Assembly: GCA_002633005.1 (NCBI GenBank)
Contig: NMRA01000235.1
Span: 48,127 to 112,126, forward strand
Source: Phoronis australis
Lineage: Eukaryota > Animalia > Phoronida
Reading direction: 5' to 3'
Length of the DNA stretch: 64,000 nt
Shown: positions 40,259-52,275 of the stretch, one piece after another
Layout of the letters: every line of letters starts with the position of its first letter
Position numbering within the stretch: the stretch's first letter is position 1
Position numbers and translations under genes: made by a program
Notes under the pieces: model-generated
Told to the model about the DNA's origin: nothing
Database searches by the model: none
What the model saw: only the letters and a program-made list of their open reading frames with translations

Positions 40259-42927
40259 CACTGAAGCGGAAGGAGTGGTCGTGGATGGGGGCGAGTAAAC
40301 ACGTGCACACACCCTCCCCAAAAAATTAAAAGCGCCTGGCTGCCAACTTGCATACGGCGACAGTCAGGAAAATGAGGGCACATCAAAACATGCCAGAGAG
40401 AAACATTAGACAACGTTGATCAAATTCCAGTGCTCGACTTATTCTTTCCAAGAAGTACTCTCTGACAAGAGATAATCTGTCCTTCTATTTGCGTTTTTGA
40501 AATAATTTATCCCCCAAGTGGCAAAAATATTTTACGTCATTGCTACATTTACGTTGCTAGGCCTCTCCTAAAGTATAAAAAGTTGTTACATTTTATGTAA
40601 TTGTTACAATTAATGTCGAATGCACATCCGAGAATTGTAAAATTGTTACATTTTACGGAAGCGACGTCATATTTCACGAGTTTGCTTGCTATTTGTCACA
40701 CTGAGAAAAACATTGCTCGGATTGTTTGAACAAAATTCTCTCAAATGTGCTAGCTCGAATTTTTTTGTCCCTATAGGGCTTTTCACTGTTTTCTTAACAG
40801 GAATAGTATCTTTGTATAGTAAAAAAATAATCAGCATAGCAAATGTGATGCAATACAAAATAGGTATCAACGCTGTCTTCTCGGAGTCCACAATTTTGCG
40901 TCAAATGTAGCCGTTCAAGGCAGAATTGCTTGGCATGATTCTGCCTTTTGGAGGAATATTAAATGGTCAGACACTGGAATAGATTAGTCTCAATGGAGGA
41001 CACCACAATTACTAAGATGATGTTTTCTTTTAGGCTGCAACAAAAATTGTCTTAAGAATTTAATCGCATTTTTATACACTCTTGCAAGGTGGGTAGCGTG
41101 CAATAGTCTGCAAAGGCAACTGGCTGACACTTGGTGAAACCTGATCCAAACACGCCCACATTGACAGGGCTAAATACCTTCAAAAATGCTTATGACACAG
41201 AACTGCCCATTAAGCTTCCACTTGACCGATCTTTACGATCATTTCTTATTCAAGTTCGCCAGAGTTCTTCCTCTTAGGGAACGGGACGCTTTATACGTTT
41301 ATCTTTGGAGGAAAGACTGTGTGAGATACATGTATGTCACTCAAGACAAGTTAGAGATGACCTTCATTTTTGTTTCACTGTTGACTTGTGTATATGACAT
41401 TATTAGAGAAAAAATGTTTCATGGTTATCAAACTACATTTGTTCTAGTCCAAAAGTTATTTTGAACACTGAATTTTTATGTCTCATGTTTTCTAATGAAA
41501 GTACCGAACTTTCTTTAGCTAAATATCTCAGGGATGCTTTTTCAGTCGGAATTAAATTGCATTCTACTGTTTTGTAACTCTTCAGTGGCGGACCTAGAGT
41601 AGGGCCAAGGGGGCTATGCTCCCCTAAAATTCTCCCTCAGTAAGTTACATGTACATTTGAAAGTTTTGGGATGCAAATATCTGACGGTCAGATCCTGGCA
41701 AAGTCCCTGCCCTGGAGCCCCCTGGTTTAAAATCCTCTATCCGCCCCTGCTCCTGTTGCTGTTATTTGAGAGTCATGTCTCACAGTTTCTTCCATATCCA
41801 TGCATGTTTCTTTCGATGTGGTGATTAATTAATTATTGTTCAATTGCTACAGTAATGTACACACAAAGATTATTCCATGTTCCTCCATGCTGTTATTAAT
41901 TAATTTGTCGAGACTGGGTGCTTTATAGGCACAATTCTTAAAATAATGATTTATTCATTCATTTACTTGAACCTCATACAGTTTTGACTTCAGATGAAAT
42001 AAGTTTCCAGGATCAGGTAACAAGTTTGTTATTGTGAAAGCGTTCTTCCAATCTTTTATTGGCGCTCCCAGGTAGTAAATCAAATACAGGTGTATGTATC
42101 CAGCATTACAGTTAACACACTTCTCTCGGAAAGAAGAAAAAAAAACAACGAATTCGTACTTTGGTTAATATTTGCGGTATTTCTTCGGGGAAAACGACCA
42201 CAAAATTGTTTTCACGGAGAATTCACTGTCAAAAGCCACTTTGTTAGAAAAATCACCCGTTCTAGTCCACGACAATTTGATGTATTTCAGCCAGTGTTTC
42301 ATTGGATTGAAGTCATCGCTAATGTAGTGCGTGCCCTGCTTCACACAAAAGGAGCGATATCAAAATTTCTGATACCGACTGGTTCTGTTTACCACCTTAG
42401 TTGTAAAAATCAATAGACGAAGTACTTGTTCACCGCTGTACAGGCCAACTTCTTTTGAATCACACCATTCGCGTGCTCACACGCGCACATACTCATGGTG
42501 ACAACAGCAAAATACACCATAGAAATAAATATTCCATAGGGGTGCACCACTCCAAGAATTTCTATTTCTTGTGATTACAATATTCATTTCTCTACACCAT
42601 CATTATCGATGATATTAATTTTGACAACGTCTAAATTTGGTTGATTTTATGCTTTTATATATCTTTAGTTTCCTAAGACAAATTATTAAAGTATATAATT
42701 CAGACCTATCAGATTGCTCAAAATGTATGTTTAGGCGTTATTTCAAATGACTGATTTGTTTTTGACATATACATTCACTTAACATCATCCAATTAAAAGA
42801 CTGTACAACGTTGCAAAACCAGTGTAAACGGAATACATGTAGATCCTATGACTGATTCTCACAGAAAGAGCAGACCTCATTTGATAAAATTCCAATCTTG
42901 TGAAGACAAGTGTTGGTACTGAAATTT

Positions 42928-43119
42928 CTGTAGAACCATGTTAATTATGCTTTCGTTGCCAGTGATATGCAAGTCCTGTAGAACCATGTTAATTATGCTT
43001 TCGTTGCCAGTGATATGCAAGTCCTGTAGAACCATGTTAATTATGCTTTCGTTGCCAGTGATATGCAAGTCCTGTAGAACCATGTTAATTATGCTTTCGT
43101 TGCCAGTGATATGCAAGTC
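42928..43119. repeat. Perfect 48-bp tandem repeat x4
   Basis: ctgtagaaccatgttaattatgctttcgttgccagtgatatgcaagtc repeated four times, identical. Confidence 0.97.
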
Positions 43120-45426
43120 CGTTTTACCTTCAAAATGATTTCAAAGTACATCCAACCTCTACAAACATTTAATTTACCAACATTTCCACTGCCCAACTAA
43201 AAACGACAAATTAATGAACTAGTAAACTTTGGAGATCCAAGTAGTTGGGTAGAAGAACCTGACACGATTTCGTTGTTAGCGCATCTTAATTTCTGTAGAT
43301 TGGTTAACAACGTAGAAAATATATATCTGAAACTAAATAAGGCGATCCAGATCCTCCCAAGGATACTATTGTTTCAAGAAATGAAGAATATAAATCGGCA
43401 AAAACAGAAAAAAAAACAGTTTTTTTCTGTTTTTGTTGATAAAGGAAGTTGTTACATCCGAAAATTTCAAATTTCAGTTGATCCATTCTTGTTGTTTTAT
43501 TTACCGATGTAGATTGGTTAAAACACGAGTGTGGACGTTTGACTACTGTAGCTTGATGAAGACTTGCTCATATTCAATCTGTAGTTAACCGTCTAACAGT
43601 GTCGTATTTTAAACCAGTTTTGTATGCACGAAGGGATTCTGCCTTATTAGTGAAAAAAGAATTCCACAATTAAGCGAAGGTCTTCGTTGCGAACCGTACC
43701 AAAAATTGGACGTCAAGCAATGGGGGGCAAAACTAAAGATTCCAAATAAACTGCGTCATATCAAGAAACACGAGTACTTACGTCGATATCGCCCCAAGTC
43801 CAACCAAATTCCGTTGAGTAACTGTGTGTATGTACATTGACGTTTTACGATAAACTTTGGTGGAATATTACGACAATTGAAAAAGGCGACACGACAATGA
43901 ATAGTCAGAGACAGCGACATCTGGCGAAAGAGCTACACAGTAACAAGACTACTTATAAGGCGAGAGTATAGTCAGAATAATATGACATGGCACTCTGCAG
44001 TAACAATAATAAATACTATTGGTGTCACCTAACACCCTGTTGCCAATTCACCGAACAAAGGCAATCTTTATCAAACATATAGCCACCATTTAGCCCGATT
44101 CAGTACTTTCTCGTTGAGCAAATTGACTAAAAACATTCCATTGTTAATACACTTTTCAATCATAATACAGGCCCGTAGGAAAGAAAAAATTATTGGAAGG
44201 CACAAACCAATTTGACTTCACCCCCTTGCTATCACTCCCACCCCCCGTTCTCTGGATGTCACCATATTTGTACCGAACCCCACACTCCACGTCCGCCATA
44301 GGTGGGGGTAATACCGGGGATGCAGCCATCAGGATTTGAGTAACATTGAACCAACAAAGATTCACGGAGAGTAAGAATGGGTCTAGGCCCCGAGCGTAAT
44401 GACGTGTAGCTGGGAGCAGCCTGGAATAACTATAACCGGGTTGAAGGTCAAGATTCTCGATTCAGTTTCGGGAAAACCGCATTTTATTATGACCATTTTT
44501 TGAAGTAATTTTTGGAAAGGTAAGGTCCCGAGGTGCCTGAAATGAGTGGCTTTGTGGCCGTTTCATAATTCCTTGATGAAACATGGCCGGTGGTCCAGTT
44601 TCTGGTCGCTGGGGGAAATGATACAGAGTGTGTCCTAAAAATGTACCCACTGCAACGTCTAGAGCTCCAATTCAGTTCCCGTGGGTAACTGAGATTCTAA
44701 GCAGCCCTACTGCATGGTTACACCTTATTTTTAATGTGGGTGTGTCTGCCATGACGTGCTCCGGGCATGCGCGAACCTGGGGGGGGAGGAGCTCGGGGGG
44801 CTCGATGGCAAAGTGAGCAAAAAGGTCCGCCTCAGAGAAACAAAAAGTGCGAAGAAAACGAGACGAAAATCCACTAAAAGGCAGGTTTCGGCGTGCGCAC
44901 AATTCATAGCCCTGAATGAATCCCGTTTTCATTTTTTTCTTTAGTAAGTGGTCCACATCCTGAAAAATTCGAGCCCCATCTATATTTTAGACTGGGTGCA
45001 CGCATGCAGTGTGTGTAGTATGCATGGGAAATGCAAGCAAACGATTCAGTTTCGAAGAACAAAAATTCATTGCGCAATACTACTGGAAACCAAAAACATC
45101 AAGGAAGTTCAAAGACAACCTTTCCAAGTTGATGACCAATGAGTTTGATTTTTTTATTTAAGTACCTAAACTTCGTTTTCGATCTACAGTTTGTAAACTT
45201 CCTAAGCCAATAAACAATTTATTGTCATTTGAATTTTGAGACCATTTTAAGATACATTGTTGAGCTGTCCGAAATTCATCAATTTCCTTGAGACTTATTT
45301 CAGACGGACAAAAATCGTTTAGTGCACTTCTATATTTGGGGATCTGATTATAGACCGAATTTTCCCAATGTCGGTCTGCAATTAAGTTCATTGAAGTATT
45401 GCCATTTCTTACAAGATTAGCTTCTA

Positions 45427-47143
45427 ATTGTACTATGAGATGGTAACTTACTTAGAGACGTGGTAGATTGTTTGCAGACGTTTCGACCTTGTCCGCCAGG
45501 TCTTTATCGATGAATGAAGTATTTCCCGCCTTTCGCTGGTTAAGAATGCTGGAATGCACGGGAGGTAAGTGGAGTCCTCGGTCCCGGTTCAAGAGGGAGC
45601 GCTGGCTGCTGATGTTTATGGAATATTTGAGCTTGCGAGCATACCAGTTTTGTTCTTTGGCTAGGATACTGGGTGACGCAAGAGAGATGGAATGCCCAGT
45701 CTCCAAAATGTGTTCCCCCACAGCTGTTGGTATGTCCAGTTTCTGATGTTCTTTGAATCTGGTGAGGAACGGTCCCTTGGTTTCTCCAATGTGGGTGTGG
45801 TTAGGATCCTGGTCACACTTCAGCTGGTATATGACCCCACATTGTTTAGCCATCGGGGTTGGGTCTTTAAGTCTGACTAGTAAAGAACGGAGGGTGTTGG
45901 TAGGTTTCATGTAAGAAGAAATTCCGTGGGTTCTGTAAGTATGTTGTAGGCGTTCAGACATTATGTATGGGATGGCAACGGAGGGACCATCGAGTTTGTC
46001 AGTAGGTTTACGACTAGGGGGTCTCAGTGTAAACATTCATTCCTGGTATCCATTGACTAGCAAAGCATCTTCAACATGGTCAACCTCTTCGACATAGTCT
46101 CGGTAGTCCGTGATGTACCGTTCCGCTCTATCCAGAAGGGTACGGGCGACAGAATGTTTGTGCTTTAAGGGGTGGTTGGATGAAAACTGGAGGTATTGGT
46201 CCATATCTGTTGGTTTCCTGTAGATCGATGACTTTGATGGAGCCATTGCCAGCTACGTGTACACGTAGGTCCAAGAAAGGTAAGATTCTGTTGGTTTCTG
46301 TCTCCATGGTGAATTGAATGCAGTTGTCAATACTGTTGATGTGATCAGTGAAGGTGGGGATGACACTTTCCGGGAGCATGACAAAAGTGTCGTCAACGTA
46401 TCTGAGCCAGATGGGTAGGGATCTGAGTGCTGACGCCAAGGCTGTCTGTTCAAACTTCTCCATGTACATATATATGTCGGTTATGATGGGAGACACATGA
46501 GATCCCATAGCAGCTCCATGGCATTGCTGGTAGAATCTGTTGTTGCACAGAAAATATGTAGCATTAAGGCAAAAACCCAATAGCTGGTGAATTTGCTCAA
46601 CAGACAGTTCAGTGCGTAGACTAAGAGTGGGGTCATCAGACAGTCTCCCGTGTACAATAGTGAGGGCCTTATCTACAGGGACACTAGTGAATAGAGCACT
46701 GACATCATATGACACTAACTTGTGTCCTACAAGAACTACCAGGTTCTTGACATTGTAGACAAAGTCGGAACTATTACGTACACTACGTGTATGTATGGTG
46801 TTACCGTGGAGAGGCTTGAGGACACCGGCCGAATACTTCGCTGAGTTGTAGATAATATTACCACAACAATAGGTTTCAGAGGTACGTTGTCTTTGTGTAT
46901 CTTGGGGTGCCGTATAGGTGTTTCCTCCGAGTCAGGGTACAATTGCGAATACAGTTTATCACTTATAGATTTGTTCTTCTTCCAGTCCCTGAGTATATTG
47001 ACTAATCGCTGGAGATAGTTGTTTAAAGGGTCCTTATTTAAGGGGAAATCCCTCATTCATCGATAAAGACCTGGCGGACCAGGTAGAAACGTATGCAAAC
47101 AACCTACCGCGTCTCTAAGTAAGTGACCATCTTATACTACAAT
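45427..47143 (-). mobile_element. 5'-truncated Penelope-like retroelement (RT + GIY-YIG), frameshifted, with ~100-bp inverted terminal repeats
   Basis: RT motifs SYDVSALFTSVP, QQCHGAAMGS, RYVDDTF, LPFLD, IYRKPT..QYL.FSSNHP; endonuclease GVIYQLKC..HIGET..RFKEH. 45427-45527 is the inverted copy of 47043-47143. Confidence 0.93.
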
Positions 47144-50100
47144 GCCTCTAGAGACCAATGACGAACCTATTCTATAGCTGCTAATTGTCAGAAAAATCAT
47201 CTCTCAATCAGTCCACTTTCGTAGATACATAAACATGTAAATAAGAAACCAACAATCAAATCCATGAGTAATGCGCTTACCTTGATTTAATGACTTAATT
47301 CCTTTTTGATCCCCTGTTAGTGACTTTAAACAACAAATCTTGTACCGAAGTCAAAAAACAATTGGATTGCGAGTGAATTTTTTGGGAAGTGTCCAAATTT
47401 CATCAATGTTTTTGATACCTATTTTAGATAGGCAAAAAGCGTGGAGTTTACAATTTGGGGCTCGGATTGCAGTTTTTCCATATTCAAGCTTTTACTAAAT
47501 TCAGTGAATTTTCATCACTTCTTAAAAGCTTTTAATTGCCAAAAATCACCTATTAACCTTTTGGTTTTTGTATATACATAAACATGTAAATCAGAAACCA
47601 ACGAATTTGTTAATCAAAAGGGATGTTATGAGCAATTTCCGCGGCCATGCTCGCAGATTTTTGATGGGTAACCGGGAGAGATGGGAGATGGGGTATTCAT
47701 AGTAAGGTGTATTTTTGCTCTTTCCGAGGTACCTATAACGGTTCACGAGCTCAACTTGACCAGAAAAAAACGCTGAAATACTTGTTTAATTTGTTCATTA
47801 TTGCGAGTATTTGGGTACCCTCGTTCGACATGTACACGGTCACCCCAATGGTAGCCTCGACAGCAGTGTTTTTCACAATTATGTGGGATTTCCTTACAAA
47901 CAGCAAATAGTATCCATCTTCAAAAGAGATACTATTCTTGTGATACTACAGGAAACAGTAACATTATTTTATAACTAAAAATCGGAAATAGCCGTTTTGT
48001 GTAATTAACAAACAGCGATCTTCACGTTCTTTAACATTCCTGACTCACTTTCGATGGCGGTTAATCCTATTGCATTTTTTCACATTTTTGGTTGTTTGGG
48101 TCGAATGTTTGATACTGCTATGCCGTGCACAAATGTTTTATGTTTTTTGATGAATTTCGAATCATTACTTCCCTCGTGAATACTTGGCAGTGTCGGATTT
48201 ACATGTATAGAGGGACAAAGGGACATTTCTCCGAACTGCTCCAACGAGAGAGGTTCCCGTCTGAAATGGGACACCTTAATTATGGAAAGCTAAACATCAT
48301 TAAGTTTGGAAAAGAGTGACAGTTCATTCCACCGTCGTGTGGTCAGACGAAGTCATAGTGACCTTCTTCAACATGAAAGTTGGTTGCACGATTTCACAAA
48401 AAAACAGAAAAATAGACATAATCGAGTCCAACATTGGGTCTACTCTCCGTGAGTTTACCCTTAAAAATTTGTCAATAGAAATATAAAAACTGCGGCCACT
48501 TGAATGTCCTCAATGGCCTCCTTCAGACATGGGGCCCCTTTATGTGAAAATATCTATATTTTCAAAATCAAGAAATGTGCAGCAAATAATGATATATGTC
48601 AGGTCATCAATTTTTCTCAAGTGATATACATTTCGAGAAAAAAGGTGACAGTTGTCTCTGTTATCCCTTGCCAGAGAGGGGCCTCTGGAAAAATATGGTT
48701 TTGCAGTTGCAAAAATGACTTACTGCAAGAATCTAGAAAATTAATACGCTCTATAAAAGCTTTTGTTGACAATTTTTGTCGATTTTTCGAATGTGCGTGA
48801 ACCATTACGTGCACCTTTCTAAGTGCATTTAGACGATCTATGCTGCGAAAACGGAGACCCCAATAACAATGTCCTGGCAGAGTCCTCAAAAGGTAAACCA
48901 TGCACTGATACAGAGTTGTTAAATGTTCTTTTGAGTTTTCTCTCTTATCTGCATTTAGCAGTCTTTCTTTTCTCGACTGTTCCCACCCCACGCGTATGTC
49001 GGTTGCCACGTTTTAACCTTGACGCCTGGATTTTTTTNCCTACGGCCCTGTAATATATGTTTTTCGACAAGTTTATGGCGTCACCTGACACCCTATTTAT
49101 AGTAGGCCTCAATGCACCAAACAAAGGTAGTTTAAATCAATATCCAACTACCATCTAGCCAATGGCTTTACTTAGCGTGTCGCGGCTGTTTCAGAAAATA
49201 CAATTGATAAAACTGACTAAAAAAACATTCCATTGTTAATACGCCTCGTTTTGAGACGAGGTCATCACTACAGACACTCGGCAAACTCAGTTTGAACCCG
49301 ACTCCGGCTGTCGTTGACTTCGGTCTTCGATAGCGGCTTAGGTAAGTGGACCTTTTCATGTAAAATTTCCGTCACTAAAGACGTTTTGGATACTTCTCAT
49401 AAATCCCGTGTAAGTGGGAGCTCCACACACACTATTACGCAAGTCTCTTTTGGATATTTTTCCAGATCACGTAGGAATTGTGTTGCTTATATAAAATGTA
49501 TAACGAAAGTGAAACGGAGTTGGGAACCAATAATTGGTAATTTACTAAGAGTCGACAGTATTAATCAATTAATAAGGCAAGTTTAATCATGAACTATGCT
49601 ACGTTTATGGGGTAATGAGATTGATTTGTTCGTTCTTTATTGTGGGAATACGGCTTTCAAATTTATGATGGAGAGATCTCGCAGTGTATATTTATCGATC
49701 TTGCTACTTTAACGTCTCATCGTTCATCATAACAAGCAATAAGACAGGTTCAGTAGATAGTGTGTGGATTTTAAGCCTTGAGATGATTTCGTCGTGTGGG
49801 ACTGAGGGTAGAGCTAACATTTCCCTTGAAAGAGTGGCCATGTTTAATCCCCACCTAGAAGATTGAGCAAGCGAGTTAGGTTCAAACAACGCTTACTACT
49901 AAAAGCAGCTTACGTAATATGACGTGGTGGTATTGTCAAATCAATGATTATTTCGATTTATTAAATTAAACTTGTTACATGAATTTATGTACGATTTTGT
50001 TCGTTTCTATTTTTATAGTCACCCTTGGGGTTTATTTTACATTACCCTTTTCTATTTACATCCACCACGTACTACTTTTGCATTCATACACCTCAAAACT

Positions 50101-50361
50101 TGTTATCTGATTGGTCAGTTATTTCTCTTTTGTTCAGTGTAGCGTCACTCCAGCTAATTCAGCCATTTATCTTTCCAAGAGCTGGGTACAGTTTAATAAC
50201 GCTAGAAACTTGCTAGAAAACAATATCTCCTGAGATTCCGCGAAATGTTGCAGTGTATTTTCAATGAGAACACATAATTTTGGCTACATTTTTGGGCATG
50301 AGAGAGCTACGTGTAAATGTTTAGAACTCTACCTTGATGTGATTTTTAGACATAGTTTTTC

Positions 50362-50427
50362 CATGGGCGTCGCAGCACTGAAGTGGGGGGCTACAGCCCC
50401 CCAGCCCCCTATGGTGCGCCGCCCATG
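50362..50427. mobile_element. Monomer of the CATGGGCGGCGCA mini element
   Basis: catgggcgtcgca...tgcgccgcccatg. Confidence 0.7.
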
Positions 50428-51133
50428 TTTTCTCCTAAATTCTCATGTTATCGCCATTCGGTCACTTAATTGTTCTTGAAATTTCATTGCGCTCTACATA
50501 CTTGCGTATCAACGTCTCGTTCTCTTTCCTCGCTCCTCTTCAAATACATGTATCGATTTAATTCGAGGTAAATTAACTTTGTAACCCGTTGTTCGTATCT
50601 CCCGGCTCATGCCTTACTCCTCGACAGTTCGTATATTCGGCCACAACTTGTCGGATGGTACCTGTGTCCAATGCCCAAAGTCCATCCAGTCAGCCACACT
50701 CCTCCTCAAAAACCGGGGTTCCACAGACGACCTCGGTTTCGGCGCCGACCTCGATTCCACCTCTGTCGGCCTCCGTCTTCGCACCCCTGACCTCGTCAGC
50801 TTTACCCGTTTTTAATGATGTCTCGAAAAACGAAGCAATTCAAAGTCGTGATCTATTTTTTCAATTGACAAACTTGAAATATTTCAGGGAGATGCTTTCG
50901 GTTTTCACAATTTTTCACGCCTAGTTCAAAGCCTTTTGAGTAGCCGCCATTATTGAAACGACTACAGATTCCAACAAGAACGCTCTCGACCTGCATAGAG
51001 TGGTTTGTGCTGTTCATTGGACCGGTAAGTAACGAAGCCCTTATTGAGGGCGTTTTCATATTCTTTTGTAAAACTTTTGCTGTGTTCGGTGTAAATTTAG
51101 AAGTCAGCAGGCCTACATGGGCAGCGCACCATA

Positions 51134-51714
51134 CTCGCTGGTTCCCTACGTGCCGCTAGGTGGGGCGGTAGCCGCGTCAGCACGCAGGTGTCTTAATTTT
51201 CCTCGGGAATTTTTTTTACACCGGCGTTTCTGATTGGCCAGTCGAATTCTCAACAGACAGCGCTTTACGCAAACAAAGTGGCATTGACTGATAGACTAAA
51301 GTGTAAATGTGGTCTGTTGTACAGACAAATCGGTGCTTAAAATTTATGTTCTGGAAATGTGTAGCCTAGGAATTGTGATTGCGCCTTTTCGGAATGCATC
51401 GTTCTACTGTCGATGACTTTTGTTTACTGTACCGGTACTGTCCTGTATTCATACAGTATGAATAACACACCGGTTAAATCGGCCAGATATAAAGTAGGCC
51501 CACACGCCGTATGTGCTTCAAGAAGGCGGCTATTAAACATCAGTACAGAAACGAAATAGTTGCTGCGACGCCACTTGCATAACAAGGCTAAAAATCGTTC
51601 ACAGTCTGCCATTTTTTCACGGTGTTGTAAAGCTAACCAATGACTGCTAAAGCGCGTGCCATTGTGATACCTGCGTGCTGGCTGGCTGGGCTAAGCACGC
51701 AGGGAACCAGCGAG
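51134..51714 (+). mobile_element. ~580-bp MITE, copy 3, nested in a CATGGGCGGCGCA element (51116-51849)
   Basis: TIRs at both ends; exact 9-bp TSD CGCACCATA (51125-51133 and 51715-51723). Confidence 0.9.
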
Positions 51715-51884
51715 CGCACCATAGGGAGCTGGGGGCTATAGCTTCCCACGTTTTTCAGCGCTGCGGCCGCTCATGATCTATGAGCGGAGCCAACACAGGG
51801 GGAATCGGGGGCTATAGCACATACTTTTTTCAGTGCTGCGCCGCCCATGCAGTTTGAAATGTCTGTCTGTCGACACGTGGTCGA

Positions 51885-51965
51885 AACTCAATATCCAGTG
51901 GAATAACATCCGAATACTTGACAGTGCGGAAACAGGTTGGACCACGAGAAAGATCAAGGAAGCCC
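51885..51965 (+). mobile_element. Penelope GIY-YIG C-terminal fragment
   Basis: IQWNNIRILDSAETGWTTRKIKEA resembles the PLE I.W....IL..E..W..RKIKEA motif; compare ILAKEQNWYARKLK in the 45-47 kb element. Confidence 0.6.
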
Positions 51966-52072
51966 AGTACAAGGCAATGTCTTCAGTCAGCCAAGCAAAC
52001 AACCAAGTGACACCTGGCTCAGTCTACTTAGGGAGGTTTAAGTATAATAAAATTCCGTCTAATTAAATGGAT

Positions 52073-52275
52073 GACTCCCGTGGTGTAGTGGTTAAGGCGC
52101 TGGACCCGAATTATCTGTAGTTTCAGAAGTCGTGGGTTCAAAAAAATCACACCATGAGTGTACCACATATCCGTCCTCGTTATTCTAAGAATACGGGAAC
52201 ATCTGACGGTGGCCAGAGAATAGACCGGCCGAAACGTCGTGACAGTGTAAATAGACAAGAGATTATAATAATAGG
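52073..52275 (+). mobile_element. SINE-like element: tRNA-derived head followed by a hammerhead-like motif
   Basis: A-box-like TGGTGTAGTGG (52081), B-box-like GGTTCAAA (52135), then CTGACGG-T-GGCC...GGCC-GAAACGTC (52203-52238). Confidence 0.55.

Noticed and set aside
42877-43138. Repeat-protein ORFs on both strands
   Set aside because: Artefact of a 48-bp tandem repeat; no splice or domain support.
49038-49038. Single N base
   Set aside because: Assembly ambiguity, not biology.
52073-52160. Functional tRNA gene
   Set aside because: T-arm disrupted by an A-run and no clean anticodon arm or acceptor stem; better explained as a SINE head or pseudogene.
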